A stretch of 64,000 bases of DNA, from positions 1-64,000 of the forward strand of contig JBBEBM010000052.1 in NCBI GenBank assembly GCA_040882355.1, read 5' to 3'. How positions within the stretch are numbered: the first letter of the stretch is position 1; every line of letters begins with the position of its first letter. The position numbers were made by a program, and so were the translations under genes. Under the pieces are notes generated by a model, which was not told the origin of the DNA, did not search any database, and saw only the letters and a program-made list of their open reading frames with translations. This document shows positions 19,144 through 29,470 of the stretch, in pieces. This stretch comes from Dehalococcoidia bacterium (GTDB lineage: Bacteria > Chloroflexota > Dehalococcoidia > DSTF01 > RBG-16-68-14).

Positions 19144-19886
19144 CTGGCCTTCTGTCCGTTGAGGGGCTGTCGAAGAGCTTCAGCGGCGTCCATGCTATCG
19201 AAGAGGTCGACATCACTGTGCATCAGGGTGAGATCCTCGGTCTTGTTGGACCGAACGGTTCGGGTAAGACGACACTCTTCAACTGCATCACCGGCTTCAT
19301 GGAGCCGACGCGGGGTCGCATCTTCTGGCGCGGCGCCGAGATCACGGGCCATGCGCCGGACCAGATCGCGCGTCAGGGGGTGGTGCGCACGTTCCAGCAG
19401 AAGATGGTCTTCCCAAACGCGTCCGTCGGTGAGAACGTCGAGATGGCATGGCAGGGCGAGTGCGACGACGGCGACGACGGCGCCACGTTCAAGACCTGCG
19501 TGGACATCCTGGACTTCCTGGGCCTCGCGCAGGTGCAGGAGCGGCTGGCCAGCGACATTCCGTTCGGGCACGCGCGCAAGCTGGGCATGGGCCTGGCTCT
19601 GGCGGCGAACCCGCGACTGCTGTTGCTGGACGAACCCGCGGCCGGGCTGGACCAGGAGGAGACGCGCGAACTGGGCGAATTGATCGTGAGAGTCAGGGGC
19701 CTTGGCATCACCGTCTGGGTCATTGAGCACGACATGCCGCTCGTGATGTCGCTCTGCGAGCGCCTGATCGTGTTGCACGCCGGGCGCAAGATCGCTGAGG
19801 GCGAGCCGACCGTCGTCGCGCGCGACCCGCGCGTCATCTCCGTTTACCTGGGAGAGAAATTTGCTCGGAGTTCAGCAGCTCACTAG
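19140..19886 (+). CDS. livG: ABC transporter ATP-binding protein (LivG-like)
   Basis: GPNGSGKTT, RTFQ, LLLLDEPAAGL, IEHDM, YLG. Confidence 0.92.
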   Translation: MTGLLSVEGLSKSFSGVHAIEEVDITVHQGEILGLVGPNGSGKTTLFNCITGFMEPTRGRIFWRGAEITGHAPDQIARQGVVRTFQQKMVFPNASVGENVEMAWQGECDDGDDGATFKTCVDILDFLGLAQVQERLASDIPFGHARKLGMGLALAANPRLLLLDEPAAGLDQEETRELGELIVRVRGLGITVWVIEHDMPLVMSLCERLIVLHAGRKIAEGEPTVVARDPRVISVYLGEKFARSSAAH

Positions 19887-20577
19887 CTTTTACGGACCCA
19901 TACAGGCCCTGCGCGGCGTCTCGGTCGACGTGCAGGAGGGCGAGGCCGTCGCCGTGCTCGGCGCGAATGGCGCGGGCAAGTCGACGCTGCTGCGCACCAT
20001 CTCCGGCCTGGTGAAGCCACGGACGGGCTCGATCAGCTATCGCGGCCACGAGATCGCCGGGCGCAGTCCGGACCAGATCGTGCGGCTCGGAGTCGTCCAG
20101 GTGCCGGAGGGCCGGCGTATCTTCTCACAGATGACAGTGCTCGAGAACCTTCAGATGGGCGCCTACACGCGATCGAACGGCACGAGCACCAGCGAACACC
20201 TGGACTTCGTCTTCTCCGTCTTTCCGGACCTGCGCGAAAAACGCGGCCAACTCGGCGGGGAGTTGAGCGGCGGTCAGCAGCAGATGCTGGCCATCGGCCG
20301 CGCCCTGATGAGCGAGCCGTCGATGCTGTTGCTGGACGAGCCTTCGCTGGGCCTCTCGCCGATCATGGTGGAGCAGCTAGCCGGGACGATCACATCCATC
20401 CGCAGAGACCTCGGCATGTCGATCCTGCTCGTCGAGCAGAACGCGGGCCTTGCTCTGGAGCTGACGAGCCGGGTCTTCGTGATGCAGACCGGCCAGGTGG
20501 TGCTGATCGGCTCGACCGAGGAGATCTCGCTGGCGAAGATCCACGAGGCCTACCTCGGAACCGTCGCGACCGGATAG
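19861..20577 (+). CDS. livF: ABC transporter ATP-binding protein (LivF-like)
   Basis: GANGAGKST, VPEGRRIF, LSGGQQQM, LLDEPSLGLSP, VEQN. Confidence 0.92.
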   Translation: MLGVQQLTSFYGPIQALRGVSVDVQEGEAVAVLGANGAGKSTLLRTISGLVKPRTGSISYRGHEIAGRSPDQIVRLGVVQVPEGRRIFSQMTVLENLQMGAYTRSNGTSTSEHLDFVFSVFPDLREKRGQLGGELSGGQQQMLAIGRALMSEPSMLLLDEPSLGLSPIMVEQLAGTITSIRRDLGMSILLVEQNAGLALELTSRVFVMQTGQVVLIGSTEEISLAKIHEAYLGTVATG

Positions 20578-20658
20578 CGACTACGCCTGCTCTTTTCTCG
20601 ACAACCCCGCTGCTGCTAGAATGCACCGCGACTGAACCTAGACTGGGGGTAGCAGCGC

Positions 20659-21558
20659 ATGGCATTGCTTGAGGGGAAGGTCGCGATCGTGACCGGCGCG
20701 GGACGCGGCATCGGTCGCGGCGAGGCCGTGAAGCTCGCGGCGCACGGTGCACGCGTGATCGTCAACGACCTCGGCGTCGCCGTCGACGGTTCCGGCACCG
20801 ACAAGTCGCCGGCCGAAGAGGTCGTCGACGAGATCGGGGCCGCGGGCGGCGAGGCCGCGCCCAACTTCGACGACTGCTCGACCTGGGACGGCGCGGAGCG
20901 GCTGGTACAGCAGGCGATCGACTCGTGGGGCCGGCTCGATATCCTGGTGAACAACGCCGGCATCCTGCGCGACAAGATCATCTGGAACATGACGGAAGAC
21001 GACTGGGACGCGGTGATCCGCGTGCACCTCAAGGGCACGTTCTGTCCCACGCGACACGCCGTCGGTCACTGGCGGGCGCTGCACAAGGCGGGCGAGCAGG
21101 TCTACGGCCGGGTGATCAATACCACGTCCGCCGCCATGCTCGGCAACCCCGGCCAGGCCAACTACAGCGCGGCCAAGGGCGGCATAGCGGCGTTCACGCA
21201 GACGGTCGCGGTCGAGACGCAGACGATGGGCATCACCTGCAATGCCATCAGGCCCAGCGCCGCGACGCGCATGACCCAAGCGTTCGACACCGCTGGCGAC
21301 CCCGACCAGTTCAACCCGCGCGACCCGGCGAACGTCGGCGAGTTCGTCGCGTACCTGGCGTCGCCGGCGGCGGGCTGGATCTCGGGCCAGGTCTTCGCGG
21401 CATACGGCGACCGGATCATGCTCACGAAGGGCTGGCACAATGTCGAGACGATCGAGAAGAAGGGCGCCGCCTGGACCGCGGAGGAGCTGGTGACGGCGAT
21501 GCCCAAGATGGCCGGTATGGCGCCGGTGCCGATGATCGAGCAGCTCGGCTTCGGATAG
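20659..21558 (+). CDS. SDR oxidoreductase (MFE-2/3-hydroxyacyl-CoA dehydrogenase-like)
   Basis: TGAGRGIGR, VNDLG, NNAGILRD, GQANYSAAK. Confidence 0.93.
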   Translation: MALLEGKVAIVTGAGRGIGRGEAVKLAAHGARVIVNDLGVAVDGSGTDKSPAEEVVDEIGAAGGEAAPNFDDCSTWDGAERLVQQAIDSWGRLDILVNNAGILRDKIIWNMTEDDWDAVIRVHLKGTFCPTRHAVGHWRALHKAGEQVYGRVINTTSAAMLGNPGQANYSAAKGGIAAFTQTVAVETQTMGITCNAIRPSAATRMTQAFDTAGDPDQFNPRDPANVGEFVAYLASPAAGWISGQVFAAYGDRIMLTKGWHNVETIEKKGAAWTAEELVTAMPKMAGMAPVPMIEQLGFG

Positions 21559-21629
21559 AGCTTAGAGCCACCGCCGACTGAAGTCGGTGCCATGACCGTA
21601 CGCAAACACACCGACACGAGGTTATTGCG

Positions 21630-22436
21630 ATGTCCGACTACAGCCAGTACCGCACGATCATCGTCGAGAAGGCGAACAAGGTCGCGACGATCACGCTCAA
21701 CAGGCCCGACCGGCTGAACGCCGTCGGCGACGGCATGCACGAGGAGCTGGAGGACGTCTTCGGCCGGCTCAACGGCGACACGGACGTGAACGCCGTGCTC
21801 TTCACCGGCGCCGGCCGCGCGTTCTGCGCGGGCGGCGACATCAGCAGCATGGGCGGCGCTGAAGACGCCGAGCCTCGGCCTGCCGCCCAGATCAGCATGA
21901 GCCGCGGGCCGCGGCGGCTCATCCTGAACATCCTCGAAGTCGAAGCGCCGATCGTCGTCGCGATGAACGGCGACGCGGTCGGCCTCGGCGCGACGCTGGC
22001 GCTCTTCGGCGACATCATCGTCGCGTCGGAGAGCGCGCGCATCGGCGACACGCATGTCCGCATGGGCCTCGTCGCGGGCGACGGCGGCGCGGTGATCTGG
22101 CCGCTGATGGTCGGTGTGCACAAGGCGAAGGAGGCGCTGCTGCTGGGCGAGCTGATCCCGGCGGCCGAAGCGGAGCGCATCGGGCTGTTCAACCACGTCG
22201 TGCCCGCGGACGAGGTGCTGCCGAAGGCGCGGGACCTGGCCGAACGGCTCGCGGCCGGGCCGACCTGGGCGGTGCGCTGGACGAAGTCATCGATCAACAA
22301 GCTGGTGCGCGAGCGGATGAACCTGATCCTGGACACATCGCTCGCCTTCGAGGCGCTCACCGTGACGACCGACGACCACCGCGAGGCGGCGCAGGCCTGG
22401 ATGGAGAAGCGCAAGCCGGACTTCCAGGGGCGATGA
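21630..22436 (+). CDS. enoyl-CoA hydratase/isomerase family protein
   Basis: LNRPDRLNA, AFCAGGD, GDAVGLGAT, MEKRKPDFQGR. Confidence 0.93.
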   Translation: MSDYSQYRTIIVEKANKVATITLNRPDRLNAVGDGMHEELEDVFGRLNGDTDVNAVLFTGAGRAFCAGGDISSMGGAEDAEPRPAAQISMSRGPRRLILNILEVEAPIVVAMNGDAVGLGATLALFGDIIVASESARIGDTHVRMGLVAGDGGAVIWPLMVGVHKAKEALLLGELIPAAEAERIGLFNHVVPADEVLPKARDLAERLAAGPTWAVRWTKSSINKLVRERMNLILDTSLAFEALTVTTDDHREAAQAWMEKRKPDFQGR

Positions 22437-22495
22437 TCTCGCGCCTGCAGGTTGAGACCCGCAGCTTCTTCAGGGCAACGCCACCGCAGCGGACC

Positions 22496-22530
22496 ATTAT
22501 AGGGGCGGGTTTGAAACCCGCCCCTATAAT
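22496..22530. repeat. perfect 35-bp palindrome (REP-like) between convergent genes
   Basis: attataggggcgggttt-g-aaacccgcccctataat; same family as 40359-40383. Confidence 0.8.
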
Positions 22531-22537
22531 GTCTCCG

Positions 22538-23788
22538 TCAGGCTGAACCTTGACCCACCGTGTCCGCAAACTTGAACATCGCCTTCACGGCACCCGACTT
22601 CCCCTTGTCTCGCAGCGTCATGAAGGCGTCTCGATAGCTCCTCAGCGGGAAGTGGTGGGTGACGATCGGCGTCACGTCCAGGCCGCGCGCGAGCAGCTCG
22701 AAGTAGATCTGCATGGCGTGGAGCCGGCGGCCCTCGAACGTCTCGACGCCGAACGCGTTCGAGCCGATCACTGAGATCTCCTTGAAGTAGAGCGGCGTCC
22801 ACTCGAAGCGCTTCGGCGCCTCGACGCCGCTGACGACCAGCTTGCCACGCGCGCTGGCGATGCGCAGCCCCAGCGCCACGCTCTCCGGCGATCCGACGGT
22901 GTCGTAAATTACGTCCACGCCGCGCAGGAGCCAGGGCTCGCCCTGCCAGGGCCGGAGCAGCTTCTGGCCTGCGTGCCGCGCGACGGCCTCGACGATCGCC
23001 TCGTGGCCCTCCGGCAGCACCTCGCTTGCACCGAGTTGTTGAGCGAGCGCGACCTGGTGCGGGTAGCGGGCGACGGCGAAGATGAACAGCTTCGGGTAGA
23101 ACATCCGCAGAATTGCGATCGCGAGCAAGCCGAGGGTGCCGCAGCCGAACACGAGCGTCGACGCGTCGTCGGAGGGCGGCGGAGACAGTAGGATGCTGTG
23201 GAGCGAGACCGAGAACGGGTCGGCGAGGGCCGCCGCATCCCAGCTCACACCGTCCGGGACCGGGATCACCTGCGACTCGTGGGCGATGATCCGCTCGGCG
23301 AAGCCGCCGGGCACGTCGCTGCAGTTGCCGGCGTGGATGCCAGGCGACAGGCGACCTTCGGTGAAGCGCTCGCAGATTGAGTAGTCGCCGTTCGCGCAGG
23401 CGGCGCAGGGCGGATCGATGCCGCGCGGGCCGCACGAGAGCCAGGGGTTGAGCACAACGCGTTCGCCAACCTTACGCCCTCGCACCGCCGGCCCGACCTC
23501 CTCGATGACGCCCGCCGCCTCGTGGCCGAGCACCTGCGGGAAGGAGATGACGGCCGTCATCGGGTTGTCGCGGTGACCTTTGAGGAAGACCTGTTTCGCG
23601 TCGCTGCCGCAGATGCCGCATTGCACCGTGCGCAGCACCAGCCAGTCGTCGCCGGGCAGCGGGGGTACCGGGATGTCCTCGAGCTTGATCGACGACCACG
23701 GCCCGAGGAACGCCGACGGCGAGAACGTCGCGAGCGCGCGCGTGACAGCGAGGCGGGACAGACTGTAGCGAAAGACGAGCGCCTTCAT
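22538..23788 (-). CDS. zinc-dependent alcohol dehydrogenase (MDR family)
   Basis: CGICGSD, LGHE, structural-Zn Cys cluster, GCGTLG. Confidence 0.93.
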   Translation of the reverse strand: MKALVFRYSLSRLAVTRALATFSPSAFLGPWSSIKLEDIPVPPLPGDDWLVLRTVQCGICGSDAKQVFLKGHRDNPMTAVISFPQVLGHEAAGVIEEVGPAVRGRKVGERVVLNPWLSCGPRGIDPPCAACANGDYSICERFTEGRLSPGIHAGNCSDVPGGFAERIIAHESQVIPVPDGVSWDAAALADPFSVSLHSILLSPPPSDDASTLVFGCGTLGLLAIAILRMFYPKLFIFAVARYPHQVALAQQLGASEVLPEGHEAIVEAVARHAGQKLLRPWQGEPWLLRGVDVIYDTVGSPESVALGLRIASARGKLVVSGVEAPKRFEWTPLYFKEISVIGSNAFGVETFEGRRLHAMQIYFELLARGLDVTPIVTHHFPLRSYRDAFMTLRDKGKSGAVKAMFKFADTVGQGSA

Positions 23789-23858
23789 GCGAAGGCATGC
23801 TACGGGCGGGAGGAGGAGGTGTCAACTGGCGTTGGACGGCCAGCGGCGGCTCCGCCGC

Positions 23859-23884
23859 CAGGGCGCACGGCCGTGCGCCCCTAC
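23859..23884. repeat. GTAG-type REP element
   Basis: gggcgcacggccgtgcgcccctac palindrome ending in CTAC. Confidence 0.65.
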
Positions 23885-23966
23885 AGGCCCGCGCTTGCCG
23901 GCGCCAGGCCCTCCCATGTACGGTTAGCGAACCAGCGACTAGCTACTGGCGACCAGCAACCAGACG

Positions 23967-24749
23967 ATGCCCTACCTCCACCTAGACGGCTGCGATCTGT
24001 ACTACGAGACGGCGGGCCACGGCCCGGCGCTCGTATTCGCGCACGGCCTGGGCGGCAACCACATGTCGTGGTGGCAGCAGGTGCCGCACTTCCGCGACCG
24101 CTACACCTGCGTAACGTTCGCGCATCGCGGCTTCGCGCCGTCGCGCGAGGCAGTGGGCGGGCCGGGCCCCGCCGCGTTCATCGACGACATAGAGGCGCTG
24201 ATCGAGCACCTCGGCTTCGAGGACGTACGGCTGGTCGCGCAGTCGATGGGCGGTATGGCAGCGTTGGGCTATGCGCTGCGCCACCCGGAGCGCGTTCGCG
24301 CGCTCGTGCTAGCAGCGACGGGCGGCGCGACGATGAACCAGGAGCTGCGACGCATCTTCGTCGAGCACCGCGCGCGCAACCTGGAAGCGCCGCTCTTCGC
24401 GAAGGGCATCCACCCGGCGGCGGGCGAGCGCATGGCGCGCGAACAGCCCGACCTCCACTTCCTCTACTGGCAAATCTCGGACTTGAGCGACGACCTCGAC
24501 CGCGAAGCGCTGCGCGCGAAGGCGCTGGCGCAGCCGCGCAACTCGCCGGAGGAGGTCGCGGCGCTGGGCGTCCCAATCCTCTGCGTCACGGGCGAAGAAG
24601 ACGTCGTCGTGCCAACGGAAGCGATCGAGCTGCTCGCTTCGCTGATCGGCGCGCGGCTGGAGCGCGTGCCTGAGGCGGGGCACTCCGTCTACTTCGAACG
24701 CGCCGCCACCTTCAACCGGCTCGTCGACGAGTTCCTGGTGACGGTGTAG
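23967..24749 (+). CDS. alpha/beta hydrolase
   Basis: HGLGG, AQSMGG nucleophile elbow, GEED, AGHS. Confidence 0.92.
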   Translation: MPYLHLDGCDLYYETAGHGPALVFAHGLGGNHMSWWQQVPHFRDRYTCVTFAHRGFAPSREAVGGPGPAAFIDDIEALIEHLGFEDVRLVAQSMGGMAALGYALRHPERVRALVLAATGGATMNQELRRIFVEHRARNLEAPLFAKGIHPAAGERMAREQPDLHFLYWQISDLSDDLDREALRAKALAQPRNSPEEVAALGVPILCVTGEEDVVVPTEAIELLASLIGARLERVPEAGHSVYFERAATFNRLVDEFLVTV

Positions 24750-24752
24750 GCG

Positions 24753-27116
24753 ATGGCGCGCAAGGCGACAGCGGACGTTTCGAAGTCGCGTGTCAGGCTG
24801 CGCGGCGCCGGCGCCGGCGTCGAGGTCGACATGTCGCTGGAGACGGGCCACTACAGCGTGAGCGACGGCCAGGGCTACACCCCTGTCACCGCGGCCCACG
24901 CCTACGCCGACTTCGATCAGGGCAACGTGGCCATAGCGACATTTGACACGCGCCTGGAAGTACACAATGCTCCAGAGCGCTTCACGGACGCCCATGGCAG
25001 TGGCATCCGAACCATACTGGCGACGGGCGTCTACAACGCCCTCCGCCTCTACCTCGAAATCGCGGTCTATGATATGCACCCGTTCGCGCTCCTGCGAATC
25101 GGCGTCGAGAACCATGGGAAGCGCGCACGGAAAGGGACCACCCTGCGCCCGCTCGTCGCAACGTGGCCGCAAGGTCTGGCGCTCGGCCTTCCGCAGGAGT
25201 GGCGTTTCTTCCGCCACGGCTGGCAATCGTGGACGCCGACCCTCTCGCTGAGCGCGGCCCAGCGTGACATCGATGCGCATCCGCCCGTGCACGCGCCGGC
25301 GCCACCGCCGAGCCGACGCGGCGCGTTCGCGTCGGAGGAGGTTGGAGTGCTCGTCGACCCGGGCACCGGGCGGCAGCTCCTGGCCGGCTTCGTGACGGCG
25401 CGCTCGCAGTGGACACAGGTGCACGCCGATGCGAGCCGGGGCACCGTTGAGGCGACCGCCTTCTGCGACAGCGCGTTGCTGCGGCCTGGCGACACCACCT
25501 GGTCCGAGCACCTGCTCATCGACGTAACGGACGACCGCCAAGCCGCGTTCACTCATTACGCCGAGGCGCTCGGGCGAGAGATGGGCGCTCGTGTGCCAGT
25601 AGCGGCGCCTTCCGGCTGGTGCTCGTGGTACGAGTACTTCACGGCCGTAACCGAAGAGGACCTGCTGAAGAACCTGCGTTTCCTTCAGGAGCACCGCAAC
25701 GAGCTGCCCGTGCAGCTCGTGCAAATCGACGACGGCTACCAGGCCGACATCGGCGACTGGACGACCACGAACGAGAAGTTCCCACACGGCATGGCCTGGC
25801 TCGCGCGCGAGATCCGCGAGGCGGGCTTCACGCCCGGCATCTGGCTCGCGCCGCTGCTCGTCAGCGAGCGGTCGCGGCTGTTCGCGGAGCACCCGGACTG
25901 GGTCGTGCGAGACGACGAGGGCGAGCCCGCACTCGCGATGCGCAACTGGGGCCGACGCAACTTCGCGCTCGACTGCACACACCCGAAGGCGGAACGCTGG
26001 CTGCGCGACCTGTTCCGCGAGGTCAGCGAAGATTGGGGCTACGACTACGTCAAGATCGACTTCCTTTATGGCGGTGCGATCGCCGGCCGCCGACACGACA
26101 AGAACGCGTCTCGGATCGAGGCGTACCGACGCGGGCTGCAGGCGGTCCGCGCGGGCGTCGGCGAGGAGCGCTTCGTGCTCGGCTGCGGCGCGCTGATGGG
26201 GCCGAGCGTGGGCCTGGTCGACGGCATGCGCATCGGGCCGGACGTGGCGCCCTGGTGGCGCTTCAACCGCCCGACCGACCCGCCCCGGGAGCGCGGCCGG
26301 CCGCGCGCCGGCGGCGAGCCAAGCGTGGAGAACGCGCTGCGCAACGTCTTCTCGCGCTCGTGGATGCATAACAGGCTCTGGGCGAACGATCCCGACTGCC
26401 TGCTGGCGCGCGAGCATCGCACGAAGCTCACGCTGCCCGAGGTGCAGTCGCTGGCGACGGCGATCGCGCTCTCCGGCGGCATGGTGCTGATGAGCGACGA
26501 CCTGACGCGGCTTTCCCAAGAGCGGCTCGACATCATCTCGCTCCTACTGCCGCCGTTGGGCGACGAACCGTACTGCCCGGACCTGCTCGAGTCCGGTCAG
26601 CCATCCACGCTTCGGCAGTCCGTGAGCCTCGTCGAATCTGACGAGTATGGGCAGATCGTCGGCCACTTCAATTGGGAGCGCCGCCGCCGCACACTGGAAG
26701 CCGCAGTGCCGCCCGGGCCACATCACGTGTTCGAGCTTTGGGAGGAGCGCTACTACGGAGTCCACGAGCGCAGGGTCACGCTGCCGGACGTGCCGTCGCA
26801 CGGCGTGCGGCTACTGGCACTCCACGGCACACAGGACGTGCCCCAACTTCTGGCAACCACCTTCCACTACTCGATGGGCGGTAAGGAGATAGAGGACGTG
26901 CGGTTCGACGGACGGCGCGACGAGCTGCGCATCGACCTGCAGCCGGTCGCGAAGCGGCGCGGAGCGGTCTACATCCACGTGCCCAGCGGCTATCGCTTCG
27001 CGGACGCGGACCTGGATGGAGCAGCACTGACGGCTGAGCGCAAGGAGCCGGGCGTGCTCGCGTTCCGCTTCGATCTGACGCAGCCTGCGCGTCTCACGGC
27101 GCGCTTCGTGCGCTAG
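24753..27116 (+). CDS. alpha-galactosidase (GH36)
   Basis: GWCSWY, QIDDGYQ, KFPHG, PGIWLAP, YVKIDFL, MRIGPD, NDPDC. Confidence 0.92.
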   Translation: MARKATADVSKSRVRLRGAGAGVEVDMSLETGHYSVSDGQGYTPVTAAHAYADFDQGNVAIATFDTRLEVHNAPERFTDAHGSGIRTILATGVYNALRLYLEIAVYDMHPFALLRIGVENHGKRARKGTTLRPLVATWPQGLALGLPQEWRFFRHGWQSWTPTLSLSAAQRDIDAHPPVHAPAPPPSRRGAFASEEVGVLVDPGTGRQLLAGFVTARSQWTQVHADASRGTVEATAFCDSALLRPGDTTWSEHLLIDVTDDRQAAFTHYAEALGREMGARVPVAAPSGWCSWYEYFTAVTEEDLLKNLRFLQEHRNELPVQLVQIDDGYQADIGDWTTTNEKFPHGMAWLAREIREAGFTPGIWLAPLLVSERSRLFAEHPDWVVRDDEGEPALAMRNWGRRNFALDCTHPKAERWLRDLFREVSEDWGYDYVKIDFLYGGAIAGRRHDKNASRIEAYRRGLQAVRAGVGEERFVLGCGALMGPSVGLVDGMRIGPDVAPWWRFNRPTDPPRERGRPRAGGEPSVENALRNVFSRSWMHNRLWANDPDCLLAREHRTKLTLPEVQSLATAIALSGGMVLMSDDLTRLSQERLDIISLLLPPLGDEPYCPDLLESGQPSTLRQSVSLVESDEYGQIVGHFNWERRRRTLEAAVPPGPHHVFELWEERYYGVHERRVTLPDVPSHGVRLLALHGTQDVPQLLATTFHYSMGGKEIEDVRFDGRRDELRIDLQPVAKRRGAVYIHVPSGYRFADADLDGAALTAERKEPGVLAFRFDLTQPARLTARFVR

Positions 27117-28318
27117 GGCGTCGCTGTCGGCGCCGGCGGGACCGGCGTGTCGGTCGGCTCCGGCGTGTCGGTTGACTCCGGGGTGTCGGTCGGCTCGGGC
27201 GTATCCGTCGGAGGCAGGGCCGTTCCGGTCGGCGTTTCGGTAAACGTCGGCGTCGCCGATGCCGTCGGGGTGCCGGTGATCGTCGGCGTCGGGGTGGGCG
27301 TGCCGGTGCCGGCTGACTCGTCGTCGAAGGCGCCGGCGCCGCAGAGCGCGGCGAGCGCGATGACCAGCACGAGCAGCCCGCCGCCTGCGAACGCGAAGAA
27401 CATGCCCCGGCCGCCGCTGAACGTGCGCCGAAACCAGTCGCCGAAGCCGTCGCCGCCGCTGGAGACGGGGAACGGCGCCATCGTCTGCGCGCCCGCTGCG
27501 ACAGCGGCGGGCGCCGGACCCGCCGCCTCGCCGGTGTTCACGGCCTGCAGGATGCGCGAGAGGATGGTGTCCTCCCAACTGGGCGGCGCGGAGACCGGCG
27601 TGATCGTGGCCAGCACCTCGGCGGCGGTCGGATAGCGGCGCCGCGTCGACTGACACGCCTGGCAGGCCTGGAGGTGCTCCATGACGCGCCGGCGGAGCTG
27701 CGGCGTCCACTCCTCATCTCCTACGAGGAAGTCGAGGTCGAGGCACTCGCGCCGGCCGCGGCTGAGCAGCAGCAGCGACGTAAACGATTCTTCCAGCGCC
27801 TCTCGAGTGCGCACGACCCGTCCCTGCACCGTCTCCGGGCGGCTGCCGATGATCGTGGCGATCTCGTGCGCTTCGAACTCCTGGCGCACCTGGAGATCGA
27901 GCAGCTCGTACTCCTCCGGCTTGAAGCCGCGGGCGGTCTGCCAGACCAGGCGGGCGAGCTCGGGCAGCTCAGGCGCGAGAGCGGGGTTGGCGAGCAGCGC
28001 CGCGTCGGCGGCGACGAAGGGCTCTTCGCCTTCCAGCACCGGACCGCGGTGGCGCCTGATCCGGTCGACGAGGTCGCGGCGGGCGATCGCGAAGAGCTGC
28101 ACTCGAAAGGAGCCGGGCGGCGGGCTCGCGCGGAGGCCCTGGTAGACGCGAAAGAACGACGCCTGCGTCACCATCGCCGCCAGATCGCGGTCCCGGCTCA
28201 GCCGCAGCGAGAAGTCGTAGACGTGCGGGAAGTAGCGGCGGTAGAGCTCGACGAAGGCCTGCTCGTCCGTGGCGGCCCGTTGCGCGAGTTCCTCGTCGCT
28301 CGAAAGATCGCTGTCCAT
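27113..28318 (-). CDS. ECF sigma factor fused to a zinc-binding anti-sigma motif, TM helix and Pro/Thr tail
   Basis: Sigma2/sigma4-like regions (AFVELYRRY...; EIATIIG.RPETV..R..R.R); HLQACQAC (HxxxCxxC); TM; TP repeats; GGAGG RBS. Confidence 0.85.
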   Translation of the reverse strand: MDSDLSSDEELAQRAATDEQAFVELYRRYFPHVYDFSLRLSRDRDLAAMVTQASFFRVYQGLRASPPPGSFRVQLFAIARRDLVDRIRRHRGPVLEGEEPFVAADAALLANPALAPELPELARLVWQTARGFKPEEYELLDLQVRQEFEAHEIATIIGSRPETVQGRVVRTREALEESFTSLLLLSRGRRECLDLDFLVGDEEWTPQLRRRVMEHLQACQACQSTRRRYPTAAEVLATITPVSAPPSWEDTILSRILQAVNTGEAAGPAPAAVAAGAQTMAPFPVSSGGDGFGDWFRRTFSGGRGMFFAFAGGGLLVLVIALAALCGAGAFDDESAGTGTPTPTPTITGTPTASATPTFTETPTGTALPPTDTPEPTDTPESTDTPEPTDTPVPPAPTATP

Positions 28319-28383
28319 GCGTCGTCCTCCCGGTGTATTGCGTCCGAGTATAGCACCCTCGCGTGCTATACTCCGCACGCCTT

Positions 28384-29415
28384 ATGAAGGCCGGAAAGCT
28401 CCCTCAGGCGCTGCTCGCCTCGCTCTTGTCGCGCCTTCCGCCCGATCCCAGGCTGCTGCTCGGCCCGGGCGTCGGTCGCGACGCCGCCGCCATCGACCTG
28501 GGCGACGGCCGCGTCCTTGTCGCGAAGACGGACCCGGTCACCTTCGCGACGGATCGGATCGGGCGCTACGCCGTCAACGTCAACGCCAACGACATCGCCT
28601 GTCTCGGAGCGCGCCCGTCGTGGTTCATGGCCACGGTGCTTCTGCCGGAAGGCGCGACGCCGGAGCTGGCGGAGGCGATCTTCGAACAGGTCCGCTCGGC
28701 CTGCGACGAGCTCGGCATCGTCCCGGTGGGAGGTCACACGGAGATCACGATCGGCCTCGACCGGCCGATCATCGCCGGCGCGATGCTCGGCGAGACGACC
28801 GCGGACGCGCTCGTGCGCCCGGACGGGGCGCGGGCCGGCGATCACGTCCTGCTCACCAAGGGCCTCGCTATCGAGGGGACGGCGCTGCTCGCGCGCGACG
28901 CGCCCGGTGCGTTGCGTGCGAGCAGCGTCCCGGACACAGTCATCGACGCCGCGGCACGCCTGCTCGACCGGCCCGGCATTAGCGTCGTCCGCGACGCGCA
29001 CACCGCGTGCGCGACGGGCCACGTCCACGCCCTGCACGACCCAACCGAGGGCGGGCTGGCTACGGCGCTTGAGGAGCTGGCGCTGGCAGCGCACCTGAGC
29101 ATGACCGTCCGCACCGAGGAGATCGCCGTGCTGCCGGAAACGGACGCCGTCTGCACCGCGCTCGAGCTCGACCCGCTGGGCCTGCTCGCTTCCGGCGCGC
29201 TGCTCATCGCCGTCTCGGACGCCGGCTGCGACGCCGTCCTGACAGCGATTCGCGCCGAAGGCATCGAGGTCGCTTGCATTGGGACGCTGGCATCCCTTGA
29301 GCGAGCGGGTATAATAGAAGACGCCCGCACCCACACGCCACTTCCCCGCTTCGAGCGTGACGAGCTGGCCCGCTTTCTGGAGACGCTGAGCGGGGAGGAA
29401 GGCGAGCGACAGTAG
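28384..29415 (+). CDS. AIR synthase-related protein (HypE-like family)
   Basis: GPGVGRDAA, TDPVT, NANDIA, GGHTE, HDPTEGG, DPLGLLASG. Confidence 0.88.
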   Translation: MKAGKLPQALLASLLSRLPPDPRLLLGPGVGRDAAAIDLGDGRVLVAKTDPVTFATDRIGRYAVNVNANDIACLGARPSWFMATVLLPEGATPELAEAIFEQVRSACDELGIVPVGGHTEITIGLDRPIIAGAMLGETTADALVRPDGARAGDHVLLTKGLAIEGTALLARDAPGALRASSVPDTVIDAAARLLDRPGISVVRDAHTACATGHVHALHDPTEGGLATALEELALAAHLSMTVRTEEIAVLPETDAVCTALELDPLGLLASGALLIAVSDAGCDAVLTAIRAEGIEVACIGTLASLERAGIIEDARTHTPLPRFERDELARFLETLSGEEGERQ

Positions 29416-29470
29416 GCCTGGTGATCGCCGGGCGACAACGTCGAGACAGAGAAGCAGAGGTAGAGCAACC

